From NCBI GenBank assembly GCA_910578195.1, contig CAJTOY010000001.1, positions 422,040 through 486,039 on the forward strand: DNA of 64,000 bases, written 5' to 3'. Under the pieces are notes generated by a model. That model was given only the letters and a program-made list of their open reading frames with translations, searched no databases and was not told the origin of the DNA. How positions within the stretch are numbered: the stretch's first letter is position 1; every line of letters begins with the position of its first letter. Made by a program: the position numbers and the translations under genes. The stretch is from an uncultured Christensenella sp. (lineage in GTDB: Bacteria > Bacillota > Clostridia > Christensenellales > Borkfalkiaceae). Positions 36,507 through 45,746 of the stretch are shown piece by piece.

Positions 36507-37952
36507 TTACTTGTTTGAGAACTCTCTGCCCATTAACGACTGTTCGGTTTCCGCGTCGAATAAGTGAATACTTTTTTCATTGAATGAAATATATATGTCG
36601 TCGCCCACACAATACCCGCTGCGTTCGGGGACGCTTAATATATAATCGGCGCCGCAATCTTCAAGCTTGACAAAAAGTTGCGTTGTGTTGCCGAGTACTT
36701 CCTTTACGGACAGCTTGACGGGCACGCTGTTTTCTTTCTTCTTTGCAGATACCGCAATACTTTCCCCGCGTACGCCGAGCGTTACGCTGTGAGACTTGCC
36801 GTCAAGATATTGCCCGTCTATTTTGCGGAGTTTATCAAGGCTGAAATATATTTTGTTGCCGTTTGAGAATGTTACCGTAAGTTTGTCGTCCTTTTTCGCT
36901 ATTTCAACGTCGAAGAAATTCATTTGCGGCGTGCCTATAAAGCCGGCGACAAACTTATTTTCGGGATAATCGTACAGATTTGTAGGCGTATCGATTTGTT
37001 GAACAACACCCAGCTTCATTACGACTATTCGCGTGCCCATAGTCATGGCTTCTATCTGGTCGTGAGTAACGTAAATGAAAGTCGTCTTTAATTCGTTATG
37101 TAATTTGACGATTTCCGACCGCATCGTAGTACGAAGCTTTGCGTCAAGGTTTGAAAGCGGTTCGTCGAGCAGGAAAACTTTGGGGTCGCGGACCATTGCT
37201 CTTCCCAACGCTATACGCTGTCTTTGTCCGCCGGACATTTCGGCAGGCTTATTGTCGAGAAGTTCTTCTATATTAAGAATTTTTGCCGCCCACGTCACTT
37301 TTTCGCTTATTTCTTCCTTTGTCATGTGGCGGTAATTATAAGCTTGAACGGGCGTTTCCGAATAATAAAGCAAATCTTTTTCCAACGATTGCTTGCGCTG
37401 TAAAAGTCCTTTTTTGTATTCCTCGTCGTCCGCGCTTTGCAAATCGATATCGACAGTCTTGATTTTTTCTTTTAACTCTTTAATTTTCTTTTTGTCGATT
37501 TTGAGCACGGGGGTTCCGTCCTCATTTTTCTTCGCTTCGGGAATTTTGCGAAGCTTTAAAGCAAATTCTATAATTTGTTGAGCCGTCATATGCGGATAAA
37601 GCGCGTAGCTTTGAAATACCATGGCGATATCTCTGTCCTTGGGGTCAACGTCGTTTACAAGCTTTCCGTCAATATAAAGTTCGCCGCTTGAAATATCTTC
37701 AAGTCCCGCTATCATGCGAAGAGTCGTGGACTTGCCGCAACCGGAAGGTCCTACGAAAACGATAAATTCACCATCCTCGATTTCCATATTAAAATCTTTG
37801 ACGGCAACGAAATTACCCGAACGCTTTTCAACACCCGCAGTTTTTTGCTCCGATTTTTTTATTAAGTTCTTGACTGTTTTTATAAGTCCCTTTTTTTGCG
37901 TATTTCTGCCCGCATATACCTTATAAATATGTTTCAGCGATAATCCTGCCAT
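36507..37952 (-). CDS. MsmK/MalK-type sugar ABC transporter ATPase with two insertions
   Basis: Walker [11 protein letters not shown]-loop [13 protein letters not shown], signature MSGGQRQR, Walker B VFLLDEP and a C-terminal MalK-like regulatory domain. At 481 aa it is clearly longer than the canonical MalK/MsmK proteins I recall. AAGGGGG RBS. Confidence 0.85.
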   Translation of the reverse strand: MAGLSLKHIYKVYAGRNTQKKGLIKTVKNLIKKSEQKTAGVEKRSGNFVAVKDFNMEIEDGEFIVFVGPSGCGKSTTLRMIAGLEDISSGELYIDGKLVNDVDPKDRDIAMVFQSYALYPHMTAQQIIEFALKLRKIPEAKKNEDGTPVLKIDKKKIKELKEKIKTVDIDLQSADDEEYKKGLLQRKQSLEKDLLYYSETPVQAYNYRHMTKEEISEKVTWAAKILNIEELLDNKPAEMSGGQRQRIALGRAMVRDPKVFLLDEPLSNLDAKLRTTMRSEIVKLHNELKTTFIYVTHDQIEAMTMGTRIVVMKLGVVQQIDTPTNLYDYPENKFVAGFIGTPQMNFFDVEIAKKDDKLTVTFSNGNKIYFSLDKLRKIDGQYLDGKSHSVTLGVRGESIAVSAKKKENSVPVKLSVKEVLGNTTQLFVKLEDCGADYILSVPERSGYCVGDDIYISFNEKSIHLFDAETEQSLMGREFSNK

Positions 37953-38008
37953 TTTGCCCCCTTAGCGAAAATTTTTTTCTCAAAATGTTATATTCTCACT
38001 TTTATTGC

Positions 38009-38037
38009 ATTATACTACACGATTTTTATAAACGCAA
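38009..38037 (-). promoter_or_regulatory. Candidate sigma-A promoter of the fructan locus
   Basis: On the minus strand: TTGCGT (38037-38032), 17-nt spacer, TATAAT (38014-38009), about 55 nt upstream of the ATPase start. Confidence 0.55.
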
Positions 38038-38041
38038 GAAA

Positions 38042-38061
38042 TTTTGGAAACGTTTCCAAAA
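38042..38061. promoter_or_regulatory. Perfect 20-bp palindrome matching the cre / LacI-family operator consensus
   Basis: TTTTGGAAACGTTTCCAAAA. The core TTGGAAACGTTTCCA fits WTGNAANCGNWNNCW at every defined position. It lies 4 nt upstream of the -35 box. Confidence 0.65.
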
Positions 38062-38116
38062 ATAATTACAAATTATCATTTTCACAAAATTTATAACAAA
38101 AATTTAACAGACCGCT

Positions 38117-38185
38117 ACAAAAGAAGTACCTTTCGGTACTTCTTTTGTAAAAAAAATAAGCGATGCGGAGCATCGCTTATTTTTA
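38117..38185 (-). terminator. Two tandem intrinsic terminators after the CE8 giant gene
   Basis: ACAAAAGAAGTACCTTTCGGTACTTCTTTTGT (38117-38148) and AATAAGCGATGCGGAGCATCGCTTATT (38155-38181). Both have A/T-run flanks. Confidence 0.8.
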
Positions 38186-38190
38186 TTTGT

Positions 38191-41100
38191 TTAAGCTGCA
38201 AAGCTGACTTCGATAGACTGCAAATAAACCGCTTGATTATGGGTTTCGTCGTTAAGTATTGAAATGACCACCTCGCCGCCTTCCGCCATTTCAATGACCA
38301 AAGGCGTGTTGTTTGTCAATCCGCTCTTCTCTACGCCGTTTACTACAATATAATTATTGTTACCCCAATAACTACAATTCAAAGTAATTTTAGCCCCGGC
38401 TGCAACCTTGAACTTAATCGTTGCTTCATTTTTGAACAACCAGTGGCTACCTTGATGGTTTTGTACGCCGTTTAACTCGAAATACTCGTTGCCGTCTATA
38501 CCGTCAGCGGAAATGCTGTGGGTCATGTCGGTGGTAATTTCTTTTACGCCGTAGGATACAGCAATATTGTAGAAATAGTTGTTATTGTTTGTACTCATGA
38601 ACGAAATCATGCAATCTTTTTCTGCCGTATACTCCCACGAAGTACCCGTCTGAGTTTCGCCGAGTTTTACGCCGTCGATTTTTACGTCATAGTTCGTGTA
38701 ACCGTTATACGAAGACACCGCTACTTTTGCGCCCGCCTTAACCTTTATGTTAAGCGTGGTGCCCGAAAGTTGAGAATTGTTTCCGCCGTTATCTCTTATA
38801 TTGCCGCCGCTTGTGAATTCAGCAACGAGATTATTTTCGCTCATAGCTGTTTTATAGTTGCCAGACGAACCGAACGAAATCGTGACGTTTTTGTCAATTA
38901 CGTTCAAGGTTAGTGCAGAGGTTTCAGCGGTGAAGGATACGGTTTCGCCGTCGAGCTCGATTGTGTAGGTGCCCGTGCCCGCCGCCGTCAAGGTTGCGGT
39001 GTTATTCGTGATTACATATCTGCTGTCCGTAAGCGCGGGAAGCGCGAGTTCGAGCAAGCCGCCGCAACCGTCTCCGCCCGAGCATGTTCTCGTAGCCTTG
39101 CCCGTAGCTTCCGCCGTAGGCATATTTTCTTCGGTTACAGTCCAGTCGGAGTAGCTATGAACGTGCACGCCCGCCAGAGAATCGGCTTCGAACGAAATGG
39201 AAGGTTCTTCCTTTAACGTGAAGATTGACTTGCCCTCGGTCGCTCCGGGTGCGATATCGTACTTCTCGGCGGACAATGCGGGAAGAGTCACGGTCTGGGT
39301 TTCGTTTGCAACGCCGCAGTTTTCAACCACGCACGACCTTACAGCCGTACCGTAATTTTCGCCCTCTTCCGCAACCGTTATTTTCCAATCGCCGAAGGTA
39401 TGTCTGTGCTCGTAAGCGAGGTCGATTTCAACGGAAATAGATTTAAGGTATGCCGTTCCGGTTGCGGTTATTACAGTGTAACCCGATAAAGTTACCAGAT
39501 ACTCTACTTCTGCTCCGTTACCGGCAGTTTGCTCAACTCCGTTGATTAAAATTTTTGCACTCGCCTCAAATCCGGAACGCGTGAATCTGAGAGTTGCGCC
39601 TTCGGGAAGATTGAGTGTTATCGAGCTGCCTGCGCCGCCGTATTTAAGCCAGTCGCCGTTTTTAGCACAATTCGTAAATAAAATTTTATCAGTGCTTACA
39701 AGGTCGACATTCTGGTCATAGGTATAGGTATAATCCTCAGTAATACGGGTAAGCGTAAGTTTGGGAGTTTCCGCCTCGAAGGAAACCTCGACGCCGTCAA
39801 CGGTTATGGTATATGTACCCGTACCGCCGGCTTCCAAAGTCGCGGTGTTGTCGGTTACAACGTAATTCGCGTCGGTAAGCGCGGGGATATTTACGACAAC
39901 GGTCTTAGTGTCGTCGTTGTTGCAGCTTTCTGAGGTACAAACCTTAGTCGCCGTGCCTGCCGCTTCGAGCGTAGCCGTTACCGTCCACGCGCCGTAGCTA
40001 TGAACGTGCTGACCTTCGAGCTCGGGAGCTTCGAACGAAATTTTGCCGAATTCGCTTTCATAGGTGTACGTTGCCATGCCGCTTGTAGCGCTTGCCGAAA
40101 TAGTATAATCTTCCGTGGAAAGCGCGGGAAGGGTTACGGACTGGGAATGAGCGGTTTCAAGCTCGCAATCGTCGCAAGTTCTTACCGCGGTGCCGTAATT
40201 GTCGCCGCTTTCTGCGGGAGTGACAACCCATTCGCTGTATTCGTGGGTATGAACGCCCTCTTCCGCTTTGTTGAGCATTATCGAGGTGACATAACAGCCG
40301 TTGGTAATAGGCGAAGCCGCGGTCGCTTTGATTTTAATCACCGCGAAACCGTTCTTATAATTGATAGAAACGTTTTCGGGCTTGCCGTAGTCACCTCCGT
40401 ATGTAGCTACGGATACAGTACCTTCAACGTTCATTTTAATAACGCAACCGGCGTTGAACTGAGCCTGATTTTTACTCGATTCAGCGCGCCATTTCGCGCC
40501 GTCAACCGCGATAACGGTCATGTCGCCGCCGAAAATTGTTTCGCCTTCGAGTGCGGTTTCGTGCAATGCTGCTTCTTCAATAACGTCAGCCGTAAATCTG
40601 TAAGTTTTTTCGGTTATGGTAACGCCTTTGCCGCCGTCCCACGCCGTCGAATAAGTTACGCCGCCATTCGTCGTGCCGAATATTACGGACATATCGGTGT
40701 AATTTTTTACGGTTTCTGCCATAAGGAACTTCATACCCGCAACTTCCGCGGTTATCGCACCGTCGCCCGTATTGTTGTACTCGAAGAATTTCGCGGTTTC
40801 AACCGTAGGCGCAACGCCGCTCATGCTGACGTATCTCGTTCCCGAAGTGCCGCCGTTGTAGCCCGCCTTGGAAATATGCTTGTCGAGTCTGGAATTGATT
40901 ACCGCAACCGCAGCATAAGCGCCCCAAGGACGTCCGATTGCCGTCGTGCCTTCTTCTACTCCCTCTTTATAGGTGAACTCACAGCCGTCGAAAATCGCAC
41001 CGTAGGTTATCGCGTCGTCCTTGTTCTTGTTCATACCCTTGAACGCCGTGATATAGCCCTTGGAATCTATACTTTCGATTTCGCAGTTCTGGAAGTAGGT

Positions 41101-43392
41101 TGTATTGTTTGTACCGAATATGAAGTCGGTTCTGCCGTTTATGTACGAGTTTTTGATTACCTGACGACCCGTGAAGAGTTCGAGGGTGTCCTGATAGCCG
41201 AGCATACGGCAGTTATCTACGACGACCTTATCCGCCTGAATAAGCACTGCAAGCGCGCGGTGTTCGCCGTATTTGGGTCCGAATACCTCGTCGAAGTGCT
41301 CAACCGAGTTGAACCAGTTGGAAATGGTCACGTTTTCGATTACGAAACCGACGGCTTTTTCTCTGACGTTGAGGGTCGCGGTCGAATCGGTCGTATGAAG
41401 GAAGCCGCCTTCGTCCTCTATGCCGTACAGCGAATCCCATTCGATTACGGTATTGCTTGCGTCGGTGTTCGCACCCTTGATTGTGAGGTTGGGAATATTG
41501 ATTTCAAGTTTTTCTTTGTACAGCCCGTCGGCAAGGTTAATAACCTTTTTGGTGTTCTCGCCGAATTCTAATACGTTAAGGAAATCGAGCGCTTGCTGAA
41601 TTGTTTTAAATCTGTAAGCGCCGTCCGCAAGGGTGCCGATATCCGCGTCGGCAAGGGCGCCGTTTACATTAATCGTGACGCTTTCAGCCGTGGTTTCGAT
41701 TGACGAAGCCGCATAATCTGCGACGTATACCTTAAATTCTTTGAAGATTTCGGGGTTCTCAGTCCAGGTTACCTTTATTGTCTGCATACCGGCGGTATTC
41801 TTGTCGTAGCCCGAAACGGTAAAGCCTTCTGTTACTATGAAGGTCTGCTTGCCGCCGTTGAATACCGTTCTTACGGTAAGTCCGTCGAGGTCAAGCTCCT
41901 GTCCCTTGAAGTAGAATTGCTGTACGGCGTGGTTGACGTATGTTCCGTTGCCCGCCGAGGTATTGCCGCCCTGAATTATCGCGTTGAAGCCGAGCTGTAA
42001 CGCCTCTACTTCGTAAACGGTTACGTCGTAGGAAGCCCGGAATTCCTTTTCGTTTTCGTCTTTATACTTGACGACGATTGTATACGTTCCGCCCCTCGTC
42101 TTATCGTACGCGGAGAAATCGATTGTCAAATCCGACATTAAAACGGGTTCAATCATGCCCGTAATTTCACGGACAATCTGGACTTGAAGCATTGACAAAT
42201 CCAAATCCTGCCCGACGATATATTCTACTTTGCCCTTGTTCGAAATCTCGATTTTTTCGACTGCCGTTACGGGAACGGTTGTGTCGAACTTAGCGTAATA
42301 TACGTCCGTAGTGCTGTTTGTTGCGCCGCGGGTAATCGTGTATAAGCCGACCTGGTCAAGGTTGACCGTTACCGCACGGATACCCTTGCCGAGATAGGAA
42401 AGTTCCTCCGTGGTGCCGTCGGGTTTGGTAAGAATAACCTTCTGGTATTGGTCTTCCTTAATCGCGCTCGACCCGTTTTCTGCGTAGAACGTGAGCACGC
42501 CGGGCGAAATCGCGTTGACGGAGAAGCCCCTGTTCGTGCCGTCCATCTGTACGGACTTACCGCCGAAAAGAAGAGTGCCGTTATCGTCGTAAATAGTGTT
42601 GCTGAACGATTCAACCACAACTTCGTCGGAATTATGCTTCAAAACGGGTTTGTCAAGACGCTCACGCGTGCGGACTTTGCCGCCGGGCACGACCCCGAAT
42701 ATACCGCTCGTGATGCCGTTTTCGTGCTGTCCCGCAGTCAGTCTCGTGGGTTCGAAAACATAGGAAACGTCCTTTACCTCTGCGCCGCAGACAACGCACT
42801 TGCCGTCGTCGCCGAAGGTGTGCGCAGAAACGTCGGTGCGCTCGTTACAGCCGTCGACCTTGCAAGTATGGAAGTGATTTATACCGTCGAACATCCATTT
42901 CGTGGTGTCGAAATCGTGATTGTGCTCCCAAAGCGCGTAGAGGCTGAAATTGCCTGTTACCGCCGTTTCGAAATCGTAGGCTTGCGTGCACTCCTCGTCG
43001 GTGAACCAGCCCCCGAACGTCCAGCCTTCGGCTGTGGGGTCGGCAGGTTTAGAAAGCTTGCCGTTTTCATCGACCTTGACCGCCTCTATCTGCGCGCCGT
43101 GGTCGTTCATGACGAACGTAACGGTGAACTGCGTAGCCGCGGGGGTTAAATTTCTTACGTAACCGCAGACGTTACAATCGACGTCGCTGTCGTTGTCGTA
43201 AATGTGGGGCGCTTTGGCGTCAACCTCGTCCTTATGGTCGCAAGTCGCCTCGTGCCAGTGGCTGGTTTCGTCACTTTTCCACTCTTCGGAAAATTTGTGT
43301 TTGTGCGAGCAGCCAAACAATGTGAGGCAGCTTACAGCAGCCGCGCCGAGCGTGAGCGCGGCAATGGCCCTTAAAATTTTTTTGTTCTTCAT
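38191..43392 (-). CDS. Giant lipoprotein with a CE8 pectin methylesterase domain, a Listeria-Bacteroides-type repeat, Ig-like domains and His/Cys-rich modules
   Basis: The start is moved to ATG 43392 (GGAGG RBS); lipobox LFGC. CE8 blocks: HRALAVLIQADK, LGYQDTL, GRTDFIFG. Flg_new-like repeat: FTVTFVMNDHG..GWTFGGWFTDEE..FSLYALW. The C-terminal half contains a twice-repeated unit of about 170 aa (H.H.(Y/F)..W..T..C...). Confidence 0.8.
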   Translation of the reverse strand: MKNKKILRAIAALTLGAAAVSCLTLFGCSHKHKFSEEWKSDETSHWHEATCDHKDEVDAKAPHIYDNDSDVDCNVCGYVRNLTPAATQFTVTFVMNDHGAQIEAVKVDENGKLSKPADPTAEGWTFGGWFTDEECTQAYDFETAVTGNFSLYALWEHNHDFDTTKWMFDGINHFHTCKVDGCNERTDVSAHTFGDDGKCVVCGAEVKDVSYVFEPTRLTAGQHENGITSGIFGVVPGGKVRTRERLDKPVLKHNSDEVVVESFSNTIYDDNGTLLFGGKSVQMDGTNRGFSVNAISPGVLTFYAENGSSAIKEDQYQKVILTKPDGTTEELSYLGKGIRAVTVNLDQVGLYTITRGATNSTTDVYYAKFDTTVPVTAVEKIEISNKGKVEYIVGQDLDLSMLQVQIVREITGMIEPVLMSDLTIDFSAYDKTRGGTYTIVVKYKDENEKEFRASYDVTVYEVEALQLGFNAIIQGGNTSAGNGTYVNHAVQQFYFKGQELDLDGLTVRTVFNGGKQTFIVTEGFTVSGYDKNTAGMQTIKVTWTENPEIFKEFKVYVADYAASSIETTAESVTINVNGALADADIGTLADGAYRFKTIQQALDFLNVLEFGENTKKVINLADGLYKEKLEINIPNLTIKGANTDASNTVIEWDSLYGIEDEGGFLHTTDSTATLNVREKAVGFVIENVTISNWFNSVEHFDEVFGPKYGEHRALAVLIQADKVVVDNCRMLGYQDTLELFTGRQVIKNSYINGRTDFIFGTNNTTYFQNCEIESIDSKGYITAFKGMNKNKDDAITYGAIFDGCEFTYKEGVEEGTTAIGRPWGAYAAVAVINSRLDKHISKAGYNGGTSGTRYVSMSGVAPTVETAKFFEYNNTGDGAITAEVAGMKFLMAETVKNYTDMSVIFGTTNGGVTYSTAWDGGKGVTITEKTYRFTADVIEEAALHETALEGETIFGGDMTVIAVDGAKWRAESSKNQAQFNAGCVIKMNVEGTVSVATYGGDYGKPENVSINYKNGFAVIKIKATAASPITNGCYVTSIMLNKAEEGVHTHEYSEWVVTPAESGDNYGTAVRTCDDCELETAHSQSVTLPALSTEDYTISASATSGMATYTYESEFGKISFEAPELEGQHVHSYGAWTVTATLEAAGTATKVCTSESCNNDDTKTVVVNIPALTDANYVVTDNTATLEAGGTGTYTITVDGVEVSFEAETPKLTLTRITEDYTYTYDQNVDLVSTDKILFTNCAKNGDWLKYGGAGSSITLNLPEGATLRFTRSGFEASAKILINGVEQTAGNGAEVEYLVTLSGYTVITATGTAYLKSISVEIDLAYEHRHTFGDWKITVAEEGENYGTAVRSCVVENCGVANETQTVTLPALSAEKYDIAPGATEGKSIFTLKEEPSISFEADSLAGVHVHSYSDWTVTEENMPTAEATGKATRTCSGGDGCGGLLELALPALTDSRYVITNNTATLTAAGTGTYTIELDGETVSFTAETSALTLNVIDKNVTISFGSSGNYKTAMSENNLVAEFTSGGNIRDNGGNNSQLSGTTLNIKVKAGAKVAVSSYNGYTNYDVKIDGVKLGETQTGTSWEYTAEKDCMISFMSTNNNNYFYNIAVSYGVKEITTDMTHSISADGIDGNEYFELNGVQNHQGSHWLFKNEATIKFKVAAGAKITLNCSYWGNNNYIVVNGVEKSGLTNNTPLVIEMAEGGEVVISILNDETHNQAVYLQSIEVSFAA

Positions 43393-43453
43393 TATTCCTC
43401 CAAAAATATTTATTTTAAGCACCCCAGAAATGCGGGGGTGCCATGAAGATTAG

Positions 43454-45208
43454 TTATGCACCCTGAGAGTCGCCCGTGATTGCGAATTGTACGTCGGAGA
43501 ATTCGACGGTTATGCCTCTGTTTGCAAATAAGCAAAGATACATATAGTCGTTATCTACCGAATATACATCAAAATCGGGGTAGGATTCAGTATAGGTGTT
43601 TTCGCCGTCGACAAACGTTACGGTGAACGAATTGTCCGTCTTGGAAATCGAAACCGTATACGTCGAACCTTCGGCAACGGTAACCGGATTCTTGGGGTTA
43701 GCCATTTTACCCGCCGTATAGCTGAATATTGCGCCTTTGTCGATAACCGCGCCCGCCATTAAGCAGTCGCTTTTAATCGTGGCGTCGCTGGTATTTATGT
43801 AGATATCGTCGCGAATCATCATACCGAAGCCGGTCTGGTTGTTTGCCGACGTAGTCTTTGTAACTATTTTTACGGTCGCGCTTGCAGTAAAGTTTTTGTT
43901 AGCGTCAATCTGGATAAACGCGCCGGCAAAGCCATAAGACGCGCCAGCAAACTTACCGTTGTTCGCGCCGTTGCTTACGGTGAACTTGCCGTCGGCGTTG
44001 GTTACCGAGAATTTTTCTATTTTGTCTTTGCCGCCGACGTCGCCCATAACCGTCTTATACCAGCTTTGCCCCGCAACCGAGCCGATGTACTGTTCTTCGT
44101 GCGCCGTGGGGTCGAACTGAGTGTATGCGGCTTTTACGAAATCCGCTTTTATGGCGTTGGGCAATTCGGTCGCCTTGTCGGGCTTCGCGATATCTGCCTT
44201 GACATAATTTTTGAGGGAGCAATCGGTCGCTTTGAGCGCGTTGGCAAGCTCGTACGCGACAGTCTTTGCGCCGAAATAATTGAGGTGGGTCGTGTCCTCG
44301 CCGGTGGGAGTTTTAACGCCTTCCGCTTCGTTATACGAGGTGTGCGCGTGATAATTGAGCGCTTCCGCGCCGAGTGAAATATAGTCCGCTTTGGTTATCG
44401 AGGTCAAATCGATAACCGTAGTGTTCGTCGCCGCGCCGAGCGTCTTTATTGCGCCCGCATAGTCGCCGTCAGCCGTTATGTGTCCGTTTGCCGCGTCGTA
44501 TTTGGCGGTATCGGCGCTGTATCTTACAATCGGGGTACAGAGTACGGGCGTAGCCTTTTTCTCGACAGCAAGCTTAACGTAATTTTCATATAACGTATAC
44601 TGGAACGAGGGCCCCTTTGCCGAGGTCGCCGTATTGTGGTCGGGCGCGGGGTCGGTAAAGCGCGCCGCTTCGTTTTTCTGGTCGTTGTGACCGAAACCGA
44701 TTATGAGATAATCGCCCTCGGTTATGCTGTTTTGAAGGGTTGTATAATTTGCCTCGGTGAGGAAGCTTAACGAACTTCTGCCCGAAAGCGCGAGGTTTAC
44801 AATCTGATCCTCGGAGCAGTTTATGTAATTGTAAAGCTGAGTGCCGTAGCCGTAGCGGGGCATATAATAATTGTCGGTAAACGAGCAAACCGTGGAATCG
44901 CCAACTAAATAAATTTTACCCGAAAGGGTTTCGGGTGCGATTTCCCTCGTGTAACCGCATACGTTGCAATCGGGGTCGCGGTCGTTGTCGAACTCGTGCG
45001 CCGCTAAACCGTCTTTTAAATCGGTGTGCTCGCAAGTAGCTTCGTGCCAGTGGTTGGTTGCATCGCTCTTCCAATCGCTGCCGTAAGTGTGCTTATGCAC
45101 TTCTTCTTCGGGCTTGTCGCCATTACACGCCGCCATGCCGAAGCAGCCGAAGGCTGCAACTCCGCTCATTACCGTTGCTAATAAAGAGTGAATTACTTTT
45201 TTTCTCAT
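43454..45208 (-). CDS. Lipoprotein SGNH/CE12-type (rhamnogalacturonan acetylesterase-like) esterase with a C-terminal beta-sandwich domain
   Basis: The start is moved to ATG 45208 (AGGAGA RBS); lipobox MAAC. SGNH blocks: YLVGDSTV, ALSGRSS, IGFGHNDQ, DTTHLN. The N-terminal His/Cys module is shared with the CE8 protein. Confidence 0.8.
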   Translation of the reverse strand: MRKKVIHSLLATVMSGVAAFGCFGMAACNGDKPEEEVHKHTYGSDWKSDATNHWHEATCEHTDLKDGLAAHEFDNDRDPDCNVCGYTREIAPETLSGKIYLVGDSTVCSFTDNYYMPRYGYGTQLYNYINCSEDQIVNLALSGRSSLSFLTEANYTTLQNSITEGDYLIIGFGHNDQKNEAARFTDPAPDHNTATSAKGPSFQYTLYENYVKLAVEKKATPVLCTPIVRYSADTAKYDAANGHITADGDYAGAIKTLGAATNTTVIDLTSITKADYISLGAEALNYHAHTSYNEAEGVKTPTGEDTTHLNYFGAKTVAYELANALKATDCSLKNYVKADIAKPDKATELPNAIKADFVKAAYTQFDPTAHEEQYIGSVAGQSWYKTVMGDVGGKDKIEKFSVTNADGKFTVSNGANNGKFAGASYGFAGAFIQIDANKNFTASATVKIVTKTTSANNQTGFGMMIRDDIYINTSDATIKSDCLMAGAVIDKGAIFSYTAGKMANPKNPVTVAEGSTYTVSISKTDNSFTVTFVDGENTYTESYPDFDVYSVDNDYMYLCLFANRGITVEFSDVQFAITGDSQGA

Positions 45209-45365
45209 AGATATTCTCCTATATGTGTTTGCATTGCGAAGCAATGCAAACAGACCCATGGGTCTGAAAAAAATTTTTTGTCGATAGTTATTATAGCACA
45301 TTTATTATGTCATATCAAGACATTTTTTGATAATTTTTATAAATTATGTAACTTTTTTATATGAC

Positions 45366-45395
45366 AAAAGCCGCACGGTCACCCGTGCGGCTTTT
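45366..45395. terminator. Intrinsic terminator hairpin
   Basis: AAAAGCCGCACGGTCACCCGTGCGGCTTTT lies downstream of the PII-like genes on the minus strand. Confidence 0.8.
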
Positions 45396-45410
45396 ATTTG
45401 TAAAAATATG

Positions 45411-45746
45411 TTAATTCTGGCTTTCGGGCGGCGAGGCGGGCTCGGACGAAAGTCCTACGACGTTGCTTACCGCCATTGAAAAGGCAATGCCCTGCCCCTC
45501 GGTTTTAAGCCCCGCGGACTTGTACAGCGCGTGCAAAACGTCGTCCTTGATATTCTCGGGTACGAGAATCATTACCATTTCCTTATCGGGCTGGATTGTT
45601 ATTTTGAAAAACTGCTCCGCCTCTTTGTTCGCGGTGCCCTTGGCGTGGATAACCGTACCGCCTCGCGCGCCGACTTCCTTTGCGGCGTCCATAACCAGCT
45701 CGGAATAGCCCGCATTGACTATACAGATAATTACCTCGTAGTTCAT
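45411..45746 (-). CDS. PII-like (GlnB-fold) small signalling protein
   Basis: 111 aa. It shows a beta-alpha-beta-beta-alpha-beta pattern with a T-loop-like segment HAKGTANKEAEQFF. Its start overlaps the upstream stop (TAATG). Confidence 0.65.
   Translation of the reverse strand: MNYEVIICIVNAGYSELVMDAAKEVGARGGTVIHAKGTANKEAEQFFKITIQPDKEMVMILVPENIKDDVLHALYKSAGLKTEGQGIAFSMAVSNVVGLSSEPASPPESQN

Noticed and set aside
16664-43392. Sortase (LPXTG) anchoring or S-layer-homology/cohesin-dockerin modules in the giant secreted proteins.
   Set aside because: I saw no LPXTG-type C-terminal sorting signal, SLH triplet or dockerin-like duplicated Ca-binding loop in any of them. Anchoring appears to rely on N-terminal lipoboxes or, for the 1176-aa GH32, a C-terminal TM helix.
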